From Tubiluchus corallicola (Eukaryota; Animalia; Priapulida), in assembly GCA_030141605.1 (NCBI GenBank), contig JAQGDQ010000586.1:1-64000 (forward strand): 64,000 nt of DNA, given 5' to 3'. Each line of letters starts with the position of its first letter. Positions within the stretch are counted from its first letter, which is position 1. Shown here in pieces: positions 1 through 16,422 of the stretch. The notes beneath the pieces were generated by a model. It had not been told where the DNA came from and searched no databases. It saw only the letters and a program-made list of their open reading frames with translations. A program made the position numbers and the translations under genes.

Positions 1-235
1 CACTCACTCACTCACTCACTCACTCACTCACTCACTCACCCACTCACTCACTCACTCACTCACTCACTCACCCACTCACTCACTCACTCACTCACTCACT
101 CACTCACTCACTCACTCACTCACTCACTCACCCACTCACTCACTCACTCACTCACTCACTCACTCACTCACTCACCCACTCACTCACTCACTCACTCACT
201 CACTCACTCACTCACTCACTCACTCACTCACTCAC

Positions 236-295
<60 letters not shown>
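1..295. repeat. (CACT)n then (CAAT)n microsatellite
   Basis: Direct reading. Confidence 0.99.
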
Positions 296-296
<1 letters not shown>

Positions 297-801
297 TGGT
301 TTGTCCGTCAGTCAGTTAGTAGGCAAGCAAGAAGGCAAGTGAGTAAACAAGCAAACAAGTAAAGTAAGTAAGGTAAGTAAGTAAGTAAGTAAGGCAAGTA
401 AGTAAGTAAGTAAGTAAGTAAGTGGTAAGTAAGTAAGTAAGGCAAGTGGCTAATAAGTAAACAAACAAGCAAGCAATTAGTTAAGTAAGTAAGTAAGTAA
501 ACAAGCAAACAAGAAAACAAGCAAACAAGTAACAAATAAGCAAGCAGTGAGGAGAGAAGAAAGGAAAGAAAGAACAATGAAAATAATAAAGCTTAAAGGA
601 GCTATAAAGCGTGCTTGGTCCATGTATTTCATAATTGATAAACTTTCAACGCAGGGACAATAAAACGTTTAATTTGCTGTCTGTCTGTGATTCCCTTGCT
701 GACGATGAAACTGACGGGAAGCAATATTCCAACAATAAATTTTCTTAGTTAAAACTTTACTTTAGTTCTCTTTTCTCCAGAGGCACATGAAGAACACGGT
801 T

Positions 802-1194
802 GGCAATAAATCTTTACACGGTTCCAGCGATTGATGATGACCAATAAAAGGTCAAAGGTTAAGTCTGCCAGACACCGCATTTATGTACACTTGACAACGC
901 CTCGCAGCCCATGCTATTGTAATATTAACAGTTTTAACAGCTAGCTAGAACCTTAACTAGTTCATTTTTTCTTGTTCTCAAGCAAGGTCCTGCTAGTAAA
1001 TCACTGTATGCACAGACTAATGTATAATTAAGTAAAGTTCCCACATAAAACAACTGATATTTACTGAACTGATGCTTTGCGTTACCCACATGTCACGTGA
1101 CGCTTGTAGTTTTAATGCCGTTGCTGTGGTACACTTAACCTTTGACCTACAGCAACTGCGCGCGCACAATGAAACTATGAAAAAGCTTATTGTC
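802..1194 (+). mobile_element. ~400-bp MITE family 1, copy 1 (inverted copy at 4001-4392)
   Basis: Imperfect TIRs GGCAATAAATCTTTACACGGTT / AACTATGAAAAAGCTTATTGTC. Homologous copies at 42681-43083 and 55775-56175. Confidence 0.8.
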
Positions 1195-1196
1195 TC

Positions 1197-2181
1197 AAAC
1201 CATTTTGAAACTTTCTCTGCTCTTCTCTAACCATTTTGAAACTTTCTCTGCTCTTCTTAAACTATCTTGAAACTTTTTCTGCTCTTCTCTAACCATCTTG
1301 AAACTTTCTCTGCTCTTCTCTAACCATTTTGAAACTTTCTCTACTCTTCTCTAACCATCTTGAAACTTTCTCTGCTCTTCTCTAACCATCTTGAAACTTT
1401 CTCTACTCTTCTCTAACCATCTTGAAACTTTCTCTGCTCTTCTCTAACCATCTTGAAACTTTCTCTGCTCTTCTCTAACCATCTTGAAACTTTCTCTGCT
1501 CTTCTCTAACCATCTTGAAACTTTCTCTACTCTTCTCTAACCATCTTGAAACTTTCTCTGCTCTTCTCTAACCATTTTGAAACTTTCTCTGCTCTTCTCT
1601 AACCATCTTGAAACTTTCTCTGCTCTTCTCTAACCATTTTGAAACTTTCTCTGCTCTTCTCTAACCATTTTGAAACTTTCTCTGCTCTTCTTAAACTATC
1701 TTGAAACTTTTTCTGCTCTTCTCTAACCATCTTGAAACTTTCTCTGCTCTTCTCTAACCATTTTGAAACTTTCTCTGCTCTTCTCAAACCATTTTGAAAC
1801 TTTCTCTGCTCTTCTCTAACCATTTTGAAACTTTCTCTGCTCTTCTCTAACCATTTTGAAACTTTCCCTGCTCTTCTCAAACCATTTTGAAACTTTCTCT
1901 GCTCTTCTCAAACTATCTTGAAACTTTTTCTGCTCTTCTCTAACCATTTTGAAACTTTCTCTGCTCTTCTCTAACCATTTTGAATCTTTCTCAAACTTCT
2001 CTAACCATCTTAAAACTTTCTCTGCTCTTCCCTAACCATCTTGAAACTTTCTCAAACTTCTCTAACCATCTCGAAACTATCTCTACTCTTCCCTAACCAT
2101 CTTGAAACTTTCTCCGCTCTTCTCTAACCATCTTGAAACTTTCTCTGCTCTTCTCTAACCATCTTGAAACTTTCTTAAACT
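1197..2181. repeat. 31-bp minisatellite (CCATCTTGAAACTTTCTCTGCTCTTCTCTAA), ~32 copies
   Basis: Direct tandem repetition; ORF 1599-1880 has the matching 31-aa periodicity. Confidence 0.97.
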
Positions 2182-2872
2182 TCACTCAGTTCTTCCAGCA
2201 TGTTGAACTCTCAGACTAATGAGCAAAAAACTTCTGTTCTGTTGACACAACGAATAAATTGAAATACGTTGTTTATTATTACCATTAATGCTGCAACAAT
2301 TTTGGGTAAACACAAACCACCACCAAACACCAAGGGAAGTTATCCTCGGTGTAATGATCATTAATTTTACTGTACACACACACAAGCACCAACTTAAATA
2401 AGAAAATTGTAGTTCTTCCCGTTTGATAAAAGCCTGTCTCAGAGCTGCATAATTACAGGGATATCAATCACCAACCATCAGACACCCTTTGAGTTTATAA
2501 ATTCAATTTTGATAATGCAGGCTCTACAGAGGGTTCCGGCCACTTGTCTCAGAGAAATGGCGGCACACTGATGATTTCAAGTCACGTTTATAACCATGAC
2601 AGGTAATATTGGCTTTGACGTTTCATCAGGCAGAATATTGTGAAAAAATTGTGTTAAATTGAAGCTACATCAAAGTGCTGAAAATTTCGGTAGACTTCTG
2701 CGTTCACTGAATAATGTATAATGTATACCGTTTCGCCCACGTTATTCAGTGACAATTTAACATTATTGTGAACTGCGAATGACGCTTTGAAAAGCGATCT
2801 TTGGATTCATCATAATTGAACTTTCAAAGAAAGTGAACTTCTCCTTTAATTTGAAGTTTTTAAATAAAGGAT

Positions 2873-3745
2873 TCACCTTCTTAAGGTAGCAACAAACCTC
2901 ATTCTTAAACTAATGATTCGCATTCTTAAAGCAACGATCCACATTCTTAGAGCAACAAACCTCATTCTTAAAGCAACGATCCACATTCTTAGAGCAACAA
3001 ACCTGATTCTTACAGCAACGATCCACATTCTTAGAGCAACGAACCTCATTCTTAAAGCAACGATCCACATTCTTAGAGCAACAAACCTCATTCTTAAAGC
3101 AACCATCAACATTCTTAAAGCAACAAACCTGATTCTTAAAGCAACCATCAACATTTTTAAAGCAACAAACCTCATTCTTAAAGCTACCATCAACAATTTT
3201 AAAGCAACGATTCGCATTCTTAAAACAACGATCCACGTTCTTGAAGCAACGATGCCCGATCTTAAGGCAAAGATTCACATTCTTAAAGCAACGATTCATA
3301 TTCTTAAAGAAACTATTCACAAATTTCAAGCAACGATTAACATTCTTAAAACAATAGTTAACATTCTTAAAGCAACGATCCACATCCTAAAGCAACAAAC
3401 CTCATTCTTAAAGCTACCATCAACGTTCTTAAAGCAACGATTCGCATTCTTAAAACAACGATCCACGTTCTTGAAGCAACGATGCCCGTTCTTAAGACAA
3501 AGATTCACATTCTTAAAGCAACGATTCATATTCTTAAAGCAATTATTCACGAATTTCAAGCAACGATTAACATTCTTAAAACAACGGTTCACATTCTTGA
3601 AACAACGATGCACAATCTTAAGGCAACGATTCACATTCTTAAAGCAACGTTTCACATTCTTAAAGCAACGTCTCACATTCCTAAAGCAACGTTTCACATT
3701 CTTAAAGCAAGGAGTAACACTCTTAAAGGAGGGATTACACTCTTA
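2873..3745. repeat. 21-bp minisatellite (TTCTTAAAGCAACGATCCACA) with higher-order blocks
   Basis: Tandem 21-mers. Overlapping 7-aa-repeat ORFs on both strands are a by-product. Confidence 0.95.
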
Positions 3746-4752
3746 AATTAAATTACGTTTGAAGAAAATTCTACATCTATCTCAGCATCTATTTCATCTA
3801 CTACCTCATCTGGTTTACTTTTTCTCTATCTCACCAATTGCCACACAACTCCTTTTTGCTCTGCAATACGTACCTTGTTTTGTTCTTGTTTAGAATCGAA
3901 TTTTCAAAGTTCATTTATTGATGATGATTAGGCTATGTTTCCTCAAATATTTTTCTCAAAAAGTTCAAGAACTACGTACTTTACTGTGATATGTTTCAGA
4001 GACAATAAGCTTTTTCATAGTTTCATTGTGCGCACGCGCAGTTGCTGTAGGTCAAAGGTTAAGTGTACCACAGCAACGCGTGTTAGCTACCAGCGTTACG
4101 TGACATGTGGGTAACGCAAAGCATCAGTTCAGTAAATATCAGTTGTTTTACGTGAACTTTACTTAATTATACATTAGTCTGTGCATACAGTGATTTACTA
4201 GCAGGACCTTGCTTGAGAACAAGAAAAAATGAACTAGTTAAGGTTCTAGCTAGCTGTTAAAACTGTTAATATTACAATAGCATGGGCTGCGAGGCGTTGT
4301 CAAGTGTACATAAATGCGGTGTCTGGCAGACTTAACCTTTGACCTTTTATTGGTCATCATCAATCGCTGGAACCGTGTAAAGATTTATTGCCAACCGTGT
4401 TCTTCATGTGCCTCTGGAGAAAAGAGAACTAAAGTAAAGTTTTAACTAAGAAAATTTATTGTTGGAATATTGCTTCCCGTCAGTTTCATCGTCAGCAAGG
4501 GAATCACAGACAGACAGCAAATTAAACGTTTTATTGTCCCTGTGTTGAAAGTTTATCAATTATGAAATACATGGACCAAGCACGCTTTATAGCTCCTTTA
4601 AGCTTTATTATTTTCATTGTTCTTTCTTTCCTTTCTTCTCTCCTCACTGCTTGCTTATTTGTTACTTGTTTGCTTGTTTTCTTGTTTGCTTGTTTACTTA
4701 CTTACTTACTTAACTAATTGCTTGCTTGTTTGTTTACTTATTTACTTGCTTG

Positions 4753-4887
<135 letters not shown>

Positions 4888-4949
4888 GTTTGCTTGTTTA
4901 CTCACTTGCCTTCTTGCTTGCCTACTAACTGACTGACGGACAGACTAAT

Positions 4950-5335
4950 TAATTAAATGAATGAATGAATGAATGAATGAATGAATGAATGAATGAATGA
5001 ATGAATGAATGAATGAGTGAGTGAGTGAGTGAGTGAGTGATTGATTGAGTGAATAAATAAATAAATAAATGAATGAATGAATGAATGAATGAATGAATAA
5101 ATGAATGAATGAATGAATGAATGAATGAATGAATGAATGAATGAATGAATGAATGAATGAATGAATGAATGAATGAATGAATGAATGAATGAATGAATGA
5201 GTGAGTGAGTGAGTGAGTGAGTGAGTGAGTGAGTGAGTGAGTGAGTGAGTGAGTGAGTGAGTGAGTGAGTGAACGAACGAACGAACGAACGAACGAACGA
5301 ACGAACGAACGAACGAACGAACGAATGAATGAATA
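4950..5335. repeat. Compound (ATGA)n/(GTGA)n/(ACGA)n microsatellite
   Basis: Direct reading. Confidence 0.99.
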
Positions 5336-6064
5336 ATTAAATAAATAAATTGCTCGTTAGTAGACTTACTCAAAAACTGACTAACTGACTGACTAACTGC
5401 ATACTCTAACCAGCTCACTCACTCATGCACCACCCACATACTCTCCCTCCCACACTCAGACACCCTCACGTAGAATGATAAAACACCTACTTCATCAATT
5501 TCTCATAACGCCAATAAAGATTATGAACGTTGCATACTAATAGACTTGTCACTGCATATTAATCTTAATAACATCGACTCAGCGAAATTAAACATGCAAA
5601 ATGTTGCTAGATTATTGCTGTTACAAACTAAATCATCAACAGTCAAAATGCTAACTCGTTCGTGACCAAAACGAAATTAAATTCACATATTAGAATTAAT
5701 GTCTAAGCTTGATGGACGAGTCTACTGTGAGCAATAATTCATTTCCAACAAGATCGTCCCATCCAGATCAATTAAAATGCAATTTTCTTATTCGAAATTA
5801 TAATCTGCGGTTGGGTTTATTACAGTTGACTTCCTAACTGATGAAAAATTGCAATCCACTTATGAGTTTTAGTACAAGATATGATGAAGTTTCGATTGAT
5901 TTTTGATGTAATTAAGCACAGTGAATGAAATGAAGTCGCCTGTGTTCATTGACCCGTGTCGACATAGTAAATATTAGTGGAAAACATCTCAACACGCCAC
6001 AAACACTTATGTTGCACGTGTTGGGCACACTTCAAATTGATAATACGTAATACAACCATCTGCA

Positions 6065-6201
6065 GTTGTTGATGTTGTTGTTGTTGTGGCTGCTGCTGCC
6101 GCTGCCGCTGCTGCTGCTCCTGTTACTGCTACTGGTACTGCTACTACTACTACTACCACCGCTGCCGCCGCTGCTGCTACTCCTACTACTACTACTGCTA
6201 C

Positions 6202-6244
<43 letters not shown>

Positions 6245-6300
6245 ACTATTACTACTGCTACTGCTACTACTGCTACTACTACTACTGCTACTACTACTAT

Positions 6301-6364
<64 letters not shown>

Positions 6365-6424
6365 GCTACTGCCGCCACTGCCACTACCACTGCCTGCCAC
6401 TGCCTGCCACTGCCACTGCCACTA

Positions 6425-6503
<79 letters not shown>

Positions 6504-6519
6504 GCTGCTGCTGCTACTG

Positions 6520-6595
<76 letters not shown>

Positions 6596-6597
6596 GA
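6065..6597. repeat. Compound (CTG)n/(CTA)n microsatellite
   Basis: Direct reading. Confidence 0.99.
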
Positions 6598-7242
6598 CCA
6601 TATCTACCATTACTGCCCTATATTAGCACCACCACCACAACCATGATATTCTAAGCTATACAGAATGTAAGGATTCTAAGTGTACTTGTGTGGGTTTAGT
6701 TGTTGTTATAATATGCCAAAACAGCTGCAACGCGACAAAATTTCTTTTAAAATTGCATTACAGTGAAATTTTATATCCTATTAAAAATATCTCTATGAAA
6801 AATGTATCATCTTTACAAAAAGTTGAAGTAGCTGATAAAAGGCTTTGAGAAAAGCTAAAAATAATACAAGAGACTAAGCTTCTCTGTTTGTAAAACCTTT
6901 GCTGCGTGCAACACCTGACAGGCCACCTGGGGATTATGCAAATTTTGTAATTATAGCAATTAATACGTCTCGCAAATCCATTTTGTGTTGTTAATTGTGT
7001 ACTCCCCTGCCCACCGTGTACAAATTCTCTGCTATTTCCACAATAATCTAACAATAAAATTGATTAGCAGTGAAGAATTCCCATATTGTCAGGTTGTCTG
7101 GACTGTTGCGACATCTGATTTACCCGCGAGAACCTGTGTAACCAGATTTGTCACAACGTTCTTGAATAATTCACATCGACTTACTGTCTGTAATGCGTTT
7201 CTAGTCGTCCTAGATAGTTTACAAGAAACCAGACACGAGTGC

Positions 7243-7449
7243 TAGCAGCAGCAGCAGCAGCAGTAGCAGTAGTAGCAGCAGTAGTAGCAGCAGCGGCAGC
7301 AGCGGCAGCAGAGCAGTAGTAGTAGCAGCAGTAGCAGTAGTAGCTGTAGCGGTAGTAGTAGCAGCAGCAGCAGCAGCAGCAGTAGTAGCCGTAGTAGTAG
7401 TAGTAGCAGTAGTAGTAGTAGTAGCAGCAGCAGCAGCAGTAGCAGTAGT

Positions 7450-7520
<71 letters not shown>

Positions 7521-7569
7521 CAGCAGCAGCAGTAGTAGTAGTAGCAGCAGCAGCAGCAGTAGCAGTAGT

Positions 7570-7601
<32 letters not shown>

Positions 7602-7707
7602 CAGCAGCAGCAGCAGTAGCAGTAGTAGCAGTAGCAGTAGTAGTAGCAGCAGCAGCAGCAGTAGTAGCCGTAGTAGTAGTAGTAGCAGCATCAGCATTAG
7701 CAGTAGT

Positions 7708-7739
<32 letters not shown>

Positions 7740-7872
7740 CAGCAGCAGCAGCAGTAGCAGTAGTAGCTGTAGCAGTAGTAGTAGCAGCAGCAGCAGCAGT
7801 AGTAGCCGTAGTAGTAGTAGCAGCAGCAGCAGCAGTAGTAGTAGTAGCAGCAGCAGCAGCAGTAGCAGTAGT

Positions 7873-7907
<35 letters not shown>

Positions 7908-8072
7908 CAGCAGCAGCAGCAGTAGCAGTAGTAGCTGTAGCGGTAGTAGTAGCAGCAGCAGCAGCAGTAGTAGCAGTAGTAGTAGTAGCAGCAACAGCAG
8001 TAGCAGCAGCAGCAGCAGCAGCATAGTAGTAGTAGTAGTAGTACTAGTAGTAGTAGTAGTAGCAGCAGTAGT

Positions 8073-8106
<34 letters not shown>

Positions 8107-8115
8107 ACAGTAACA
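7243..8115. repeat. (CAG)n/(TAG)n mosaic microsatellite
   Basis: Direct reading. Confidence 0.99.
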
Positions 8116-8609
8116 ACAGTACATTTCTTTTGTAAAGTTGTACGAACATCTGCATGTGGATTCACTGTGTCTTCTTCATCTTTTAACATTGAAATCTCCT
8201 ATTGCCTTTCTATATCTCCTACAGAACTCCATCCTATTGTAATTCTACAACAAAAAACAGCCACTCTGTAGCGTTCCTACAAGGCAAAGCAATCGATAGT
8301 ACAATCTACCAACTTTGCTATCTGCACTCTTATAAAAAGATGTCGCATCGTTTTATCCGCTATTATGTACGGTTATCAAACAACCGTGTGGCTTCACTCA
8401 GCTTCCCTATGATAAAAGCATCGAGTTCATCCCATTGATAACAAATGATTATTGGCATCGCTCATGGCTGACAGCATTAGGTTATTAAAGATCGCCTTAT
8501 AATGTCAAATCGTCGGTGACAAAAGCGTTTTCCATGGAGAAATTAATGTTGGTAACGGCAACACAAAACCGTAGAGACAGAGGCATGACTCCATGTCTAG
8601 AGTGAGAAC

Positions 8610-8877
8610 AAGTCTCGTCAACACTGTCATTCAAATCATTGATAAAGAGAATCACGTTTTGTTAAGTCTCGTCAACACTGTCATTCAATACATTGATAAA
8701 GAGAATGACAAGGTTTTCCAATTTACTTATTAATATGACATATTTTCCCCTTTACTTATTAATATGACATATTTTCCCCTTTACTTATTAATATGACATA
8801 TAACAGTCCAATATATAAAAGTCCATCATATAACAGTCCATCATATAGCAGTCCAGCATATAACAGTCCATCATAGT
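8610..8877. repeat. Cluster of short tandem duplications (~54 bp x2, ~29 bp x3, ~17 bp x4-5)
   Basis: AAGTCTCGTCAACACTGTCATTCAA twice; TTTACTTATTAATATGACATA three times; ATAACAGTCCATCAT repeats. Confidence 0.85.
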
Positions 8878-10795
8878 TTAGTGTACACGACCTGACAAAA
8901 ATGTACTTTTAGTGAACACGACCTGACAAAAACGAACTTTTAGTGTACACGACCTGACAAAAACAAACTTTTAGTGTATACGACCTGACAAAAACGAACT
9001 TTTAGTGTACACGACCTGACAAAAATGTACTTTTAGTGTACACGACCTGACAAAAATGTACTTTTAGTGTATACGACCTGACAAAAACGAACTTTTAGTG
9101 TACACGACCTGACAAAAACGAACTTTTAGTGTACACGACCTGACAAAAATGTACTTTTAGTGTATACGACCTGACAAAAATGTACTTTTAGTGCACACGA
9201 CCTGACAAAAATGTACTTTTAGTGTACACGATCTGACAAAAACGAACTTTTAGTGTACACGACCTGACAAAAACGTACTTTTAGTGTACACGACCTGACA
9301 AAAACGAACTTTTAGTGTACACGACCTGACAAAAACGAACTTTTAGTGTACACGACCTGACAAAAATGTACTTTTAGTGTATACGACCTGACAAAAACGT
9401 ACTTTTAGTGTACACGACCTGACAAAAACGTACTTTTAGTGTACACGACCTGACAAAAACGAACTTTTAGTGTACACGACCTGACAAAAACGAACTTTTA
9501 GTGTACACGACCTGACAAAAACGTACTTTTAGTGTACAAGACCTGACAAAAACGAACTTTTAGTGTATACGACCTGACAAAAATGTACTTTTAGTGAACA
9601 CGACCTGACAAAAACGAACTTTTAGTGTACACGACCTGACAAAAATGAACTTTTAGTGTATACGACCTGACAAAAATGTACTTTTAGTGTACACGACCTG
9701 ACAAAATCGAACTTTTAGTGTATACGACCTGACAAAAACGAACTTTTTGTGTATACGACCTGACAAAATCGAACTTTTAGTGTATACGACCTGACAAAAA
9801 CGAACTTTTAGTGTACACGACCTGACAAAAACGAATTTTTAGTGTACACGACCTGACAAAAACGAACTTTTAGTGTACACGACCTGACAAAAACGTACTT
9901 TTAGTGTATACGACCTGACAAAATCGAACTTTTAGTGTATACGACCTGACAAAAACGAACTTTTAGTGTATACGACCTGACAAAATCGAACTTTTAGTGT
10001 ACACGACCTGACAAAAACGAACTTTTAGTGTATACGACCTGACAAAAACGAACTTTTAGTGTACACGACCAGACAAAAACGAACTTTTTGTGTATACGAC
10101 CTGACAAAAACGAATTTTTAGTATATACGACGTGACAAAATTGTACTATTAGTGTATGCGACCTGACAAAAATGTACTTTTGGTATATACGACTTGTCAA
10201 AAGCGAACTTTTAATGTATACGACCTGACAAAAACTTACTTTTAGTGTATACGACTTACAAAATGGAACATTAATGTATACAGCATTACAAAAACGTACT
10301 TTTAGTGTATACGACCTGACAAAAACGTACTTTTAGTGTATACGACCTGACAAAACCGTACTTTTAGTGTATACGACCTTACAAAAATGTACTATTAGTG
10401 TATACGACCTAATAAAAAACGTACGATTAGTGTATACGACCTGACAAAAACGAACTTTTAATGTACACTACCTAACAAAAACGTACTTTAGTGTATACGG
10501 CATTACAAAACGAACATTTAGTATATACGAATTGACAGAACCTTTTTTTAGTATATACGACCTTACAAAAACTTACTGTTAGTGTAAACAATCTAAGAAA
10601 AACTTACTTTTAGTGTATACGACCTAACAAAACGAACATTTAGTGTATACAGCATTACAAAACAACATTTAGTGCATACAACCTGACAAAAACGATTTTT
10701 TAGTGTGTACGACCTGACAAACACGATTTTTTAGTGTATACGACCTGACAAACACTATTTTTTATGTATACGATCTTACAAAAATGTACTTTATG
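8878..10795. repeat. 31-bp minisatellite (CTTTTAGTGTACACGACCTGACAAAAACGAA), ~60 copies, decaying toward the right
   Basis: Head-to-tail units with no unique spacers. Confidence 0.97.
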
Positions 10796-11385
10796 TGTTT
10801 CACGTTTCTGTCAGGCGGAGAACTGTAACTCATAAACGGAATACGAATATTTCTGATTTAGATATTCAACGTTGTATTCGACGAGAGTCAGCCTTTTTTC
10901 ACTCATCTACAAACTTTTCGTTGCGTGATTAGGTTACTCAGCATCCTGTCTCAAGTCACGTCTTCACACACTCTAAGTACTACTAACATTAGAAGTAAGA
11001 GCTCCATTAAGCTCGCTTTTGCATAATTGCTCGGCAATGTCAGTAAGTGAACCAGAGCCTCGGTATTACCCTGGCGGGAAATGGCCATTTTCTTCATCAA
11101 AGCTAGAACGAACAAAGCTCACTAAAGAACAACAGGGGAATAGATCGCTTTTTCTCCTCGCAATTAAGCCTGTTAAATTTTTAATAACAGACAAAAAGAT
11201 GGCACCACTGAGACAAGAAATGCATCATATCGTTACTTCTTGAATGATAATATCAAAGAAATTAAAAGGTGTTAAGCTAAATCCGGCAAAGCGTATTTTA
11301 AGGTCTAATAATGTCGCCATTTCCAGCTCCAGGGATCATCAATCGAAAACGACAAGCCTACAATCGCAAGAGTTTCTGAAAAATT

Positions 11386-11712
<327 letters not shown>

Positions 11713-11734
11713 TTTTCATTCATTCACTTCATTC

Positions 11735-14068
<2,334 letters not shown>

Positions 14069-14100
14069 AAAGTACTATTCAGCCTGATCAATAGTGATTC

Positions 14101-14665
14101 TCAGCATAGAAAGAAAAGTACCGCCTCAGTGTGGTCAATAATTATTCCCCAGCATAGAAAGAAAAGTACCGCCTCAGTGTGGTCAATAATTACTCCCCAG
14201 CATAGAAAGAAAAGTATCACCTCAGTGTGGTCAATAATTATTCCCCAGCATAGAAAGAAAATTACCGCCTCAGTGTGGTCAATAATTACTCCCCAGCATA
14301 GAAAGAAAAGTATCACCTCAGTGTGGTCAATAATTACTCCCCAGCATAGAAAGAAAAGTATCACCTCAGTGTGGTCAATAATTATTCCCCAGCATAGAAA
14401 GAAAATTACCGCCTCAGTGTGGTCAGCAATTATTCCCCAGCATAGAAAGAAAAGTATCGCCTCAGTGTGGTCAATAATTACTCCCCAGCATAGAAAGAAA
14501 ATTACCGCCTCAGTGTGGTCAATAATTATTCCCATCATAGAAAGAAAAGTACTACTTCAGTGTGGTCAATAATTATTCCCAGCATAGAATGAAAAGTACT
14601 ACTTCAGTGTGGTCAATAATTATTCCCAGCATAGAAACAAAAGTATCACCTCAGTGTGGTCAGCA
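14101..14665. repeat. 48-bp minisatellite, ~12 copies
   Basis: CAGCATAGAAAGAAAAGTACCGCCTCAGTGTGGTCAATAATTATTCCC; 16-aa periodic ORFs on both strands. Confidence 0.95.
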
Positions 14666-15109
14666 ATTTTATGCGTCATAGAAATCAGCTGATCTGTCGC
14701 ATGTTACCTGCATTTCCGCCTTATCACCTTTGTCATTTCCACATGCTGTGAAAGAATTCGATTTTGTCCAAAAGCCTCGGGGGAAGTGAATGAACTTTTA
14801 TGCAAAGATTTTGTGAGTTCGATTTGAATAACGGCTGGATTACTTTGCTGATTAAATTTTGTAAACGTGATTAAAAAAATTCCGAATCTCCATTTTGGTG
14901 GACTGAATCGTAGTTTTCAATGAATAGAGTTATTTCAATAAATGCTGCATCAACTGTAAGATAATAAGATAGTAAGATCAATAACATCAGCGCGGAGATG
15001 AGAGTTGCTGCAGCAACTTAGTATCAATGATGATAACCATGGCAACAACAATGACAACGACAGTGAGTGGTTACAACAATGACAACGACAATGAGACAAT
15101 GACTGCTGC

Positions 15110-15725
<616 letters not shown>

Positions 15726-15741
15726 CTTCTTAGCTGCGATT

Positions 15742-15916
15742 TTTACCTGTGACTTTTTAACTGTGACTTTTTTTCCCGTAACTGTTTTATCCTGTGACTT
15801 TTTACCTGTGGCTTTTAACTGTGACTTTTTAAATGTGATTTTTTTTACCCCGTGACTTTTTTACTCTGTGACTTTTTCCTGTGACTTCTTCCTGTGACTT
15901 TTTTTACTGTGACTTT
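15742..15916. repeat. (CTGTGACTTTTT)-type short repeats; related array at 58245-58440
   Basis: Recurrent TGTGACTTTT motif. At 58 kb it is preceded by the inverted motif AAAAAGTCA/AAAGTCACA, suggesting a foldback or TIR element family. Confidence 0.7.
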
Positions 15917-16343
15917 ATTATAGGAGTTAACCCATTATAACAGCCTCGCGTATACAAAATTATACGTATGATTCATCAGCTATTAATCATTTAGTGACTA
16001 GTGACATTAGACGAGTCAGCTGCACTTTAATGAATTTGTTACATTAGTAATTAACGCCTACAGAGCTTCAAATGTGACCCACATATTAGCATCTGTGATC
16101 TATGACATTCATTTTCAATGAATATTACAAATTACAGGCTCGGCGCGGAAATTGTGTCCTAACAGACCTATAATTGAACACGTGAAATCGTTCCATCAGC
16201 AGTTTCAACGTTCTCTTTCATTAACTCAGTGAGCCAATGACGTAGACATATCCCTTCATACAGGCACTTAGTAACATTTATGGTTAAAACAATACAACCT
16301 TCTTAAAACTTTTACTTTACAAAGTTAAAAAGTTTAAATCGTG

Positions 16344-16382
16344 CCAAACGTTTCGACAGACTACTGTTGTCATCATCAGTGG
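16344..16382 (-). ncRNA. Minimal type I hammerhead ribozyme motif
   Basis: Minus strand CCA-CTGATGA-T-GACA-ACAGTAGTC-TGTC-GAAAC-GTT-TGG: intact core boxes, stem II GACA/TGTC, stem I CCA/TGG, palindromic stem III AAACGTTT. Confidence 0.7.
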
Positions 16383-16422
16383 TAAATTTACAAACATACA
16401 ACCAGTTTATATAAGCAGAGCC

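Noticed and set aside
1-295. Telomeric repeat
   Set aside because: Motifs are CACT/CAAT tetramers, not TTAGGG/TTAGG, and similar tracts occur internally.
2873-3751. 277-aa and overlapping ORFs with 7-aa repeats (coiled-coil or solenoid protein?)
   Set aside because: Open in several frames on both strands because the 21-bp unit lacks stops; the frame shifts mid-array; no splice or domain support.
6007-8189. Poly-Leu/Thr/Ser/Val/Cys ORFs (mucin- or antifreeze-like)
   Set aside because: Translations of trinucleotide microsatellites. The same holds for ORFs at 12.3-12.8, 15.0-15.7, 18.9-19.8, 23.1-23.5, 24.7-25.3, 46.4-47.0 and 56.0-56.6 kb.
8878-10795. 31-bp repeats with a short palindrome (GTGTACAC) resembling a CRISPR array
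   Set aside because: Units are head-to-tail with no unique spacers, there are no cas genes, and the context is eukaryotic. The same applies to the 31-, 48-, 72- and 81-bp arrays.
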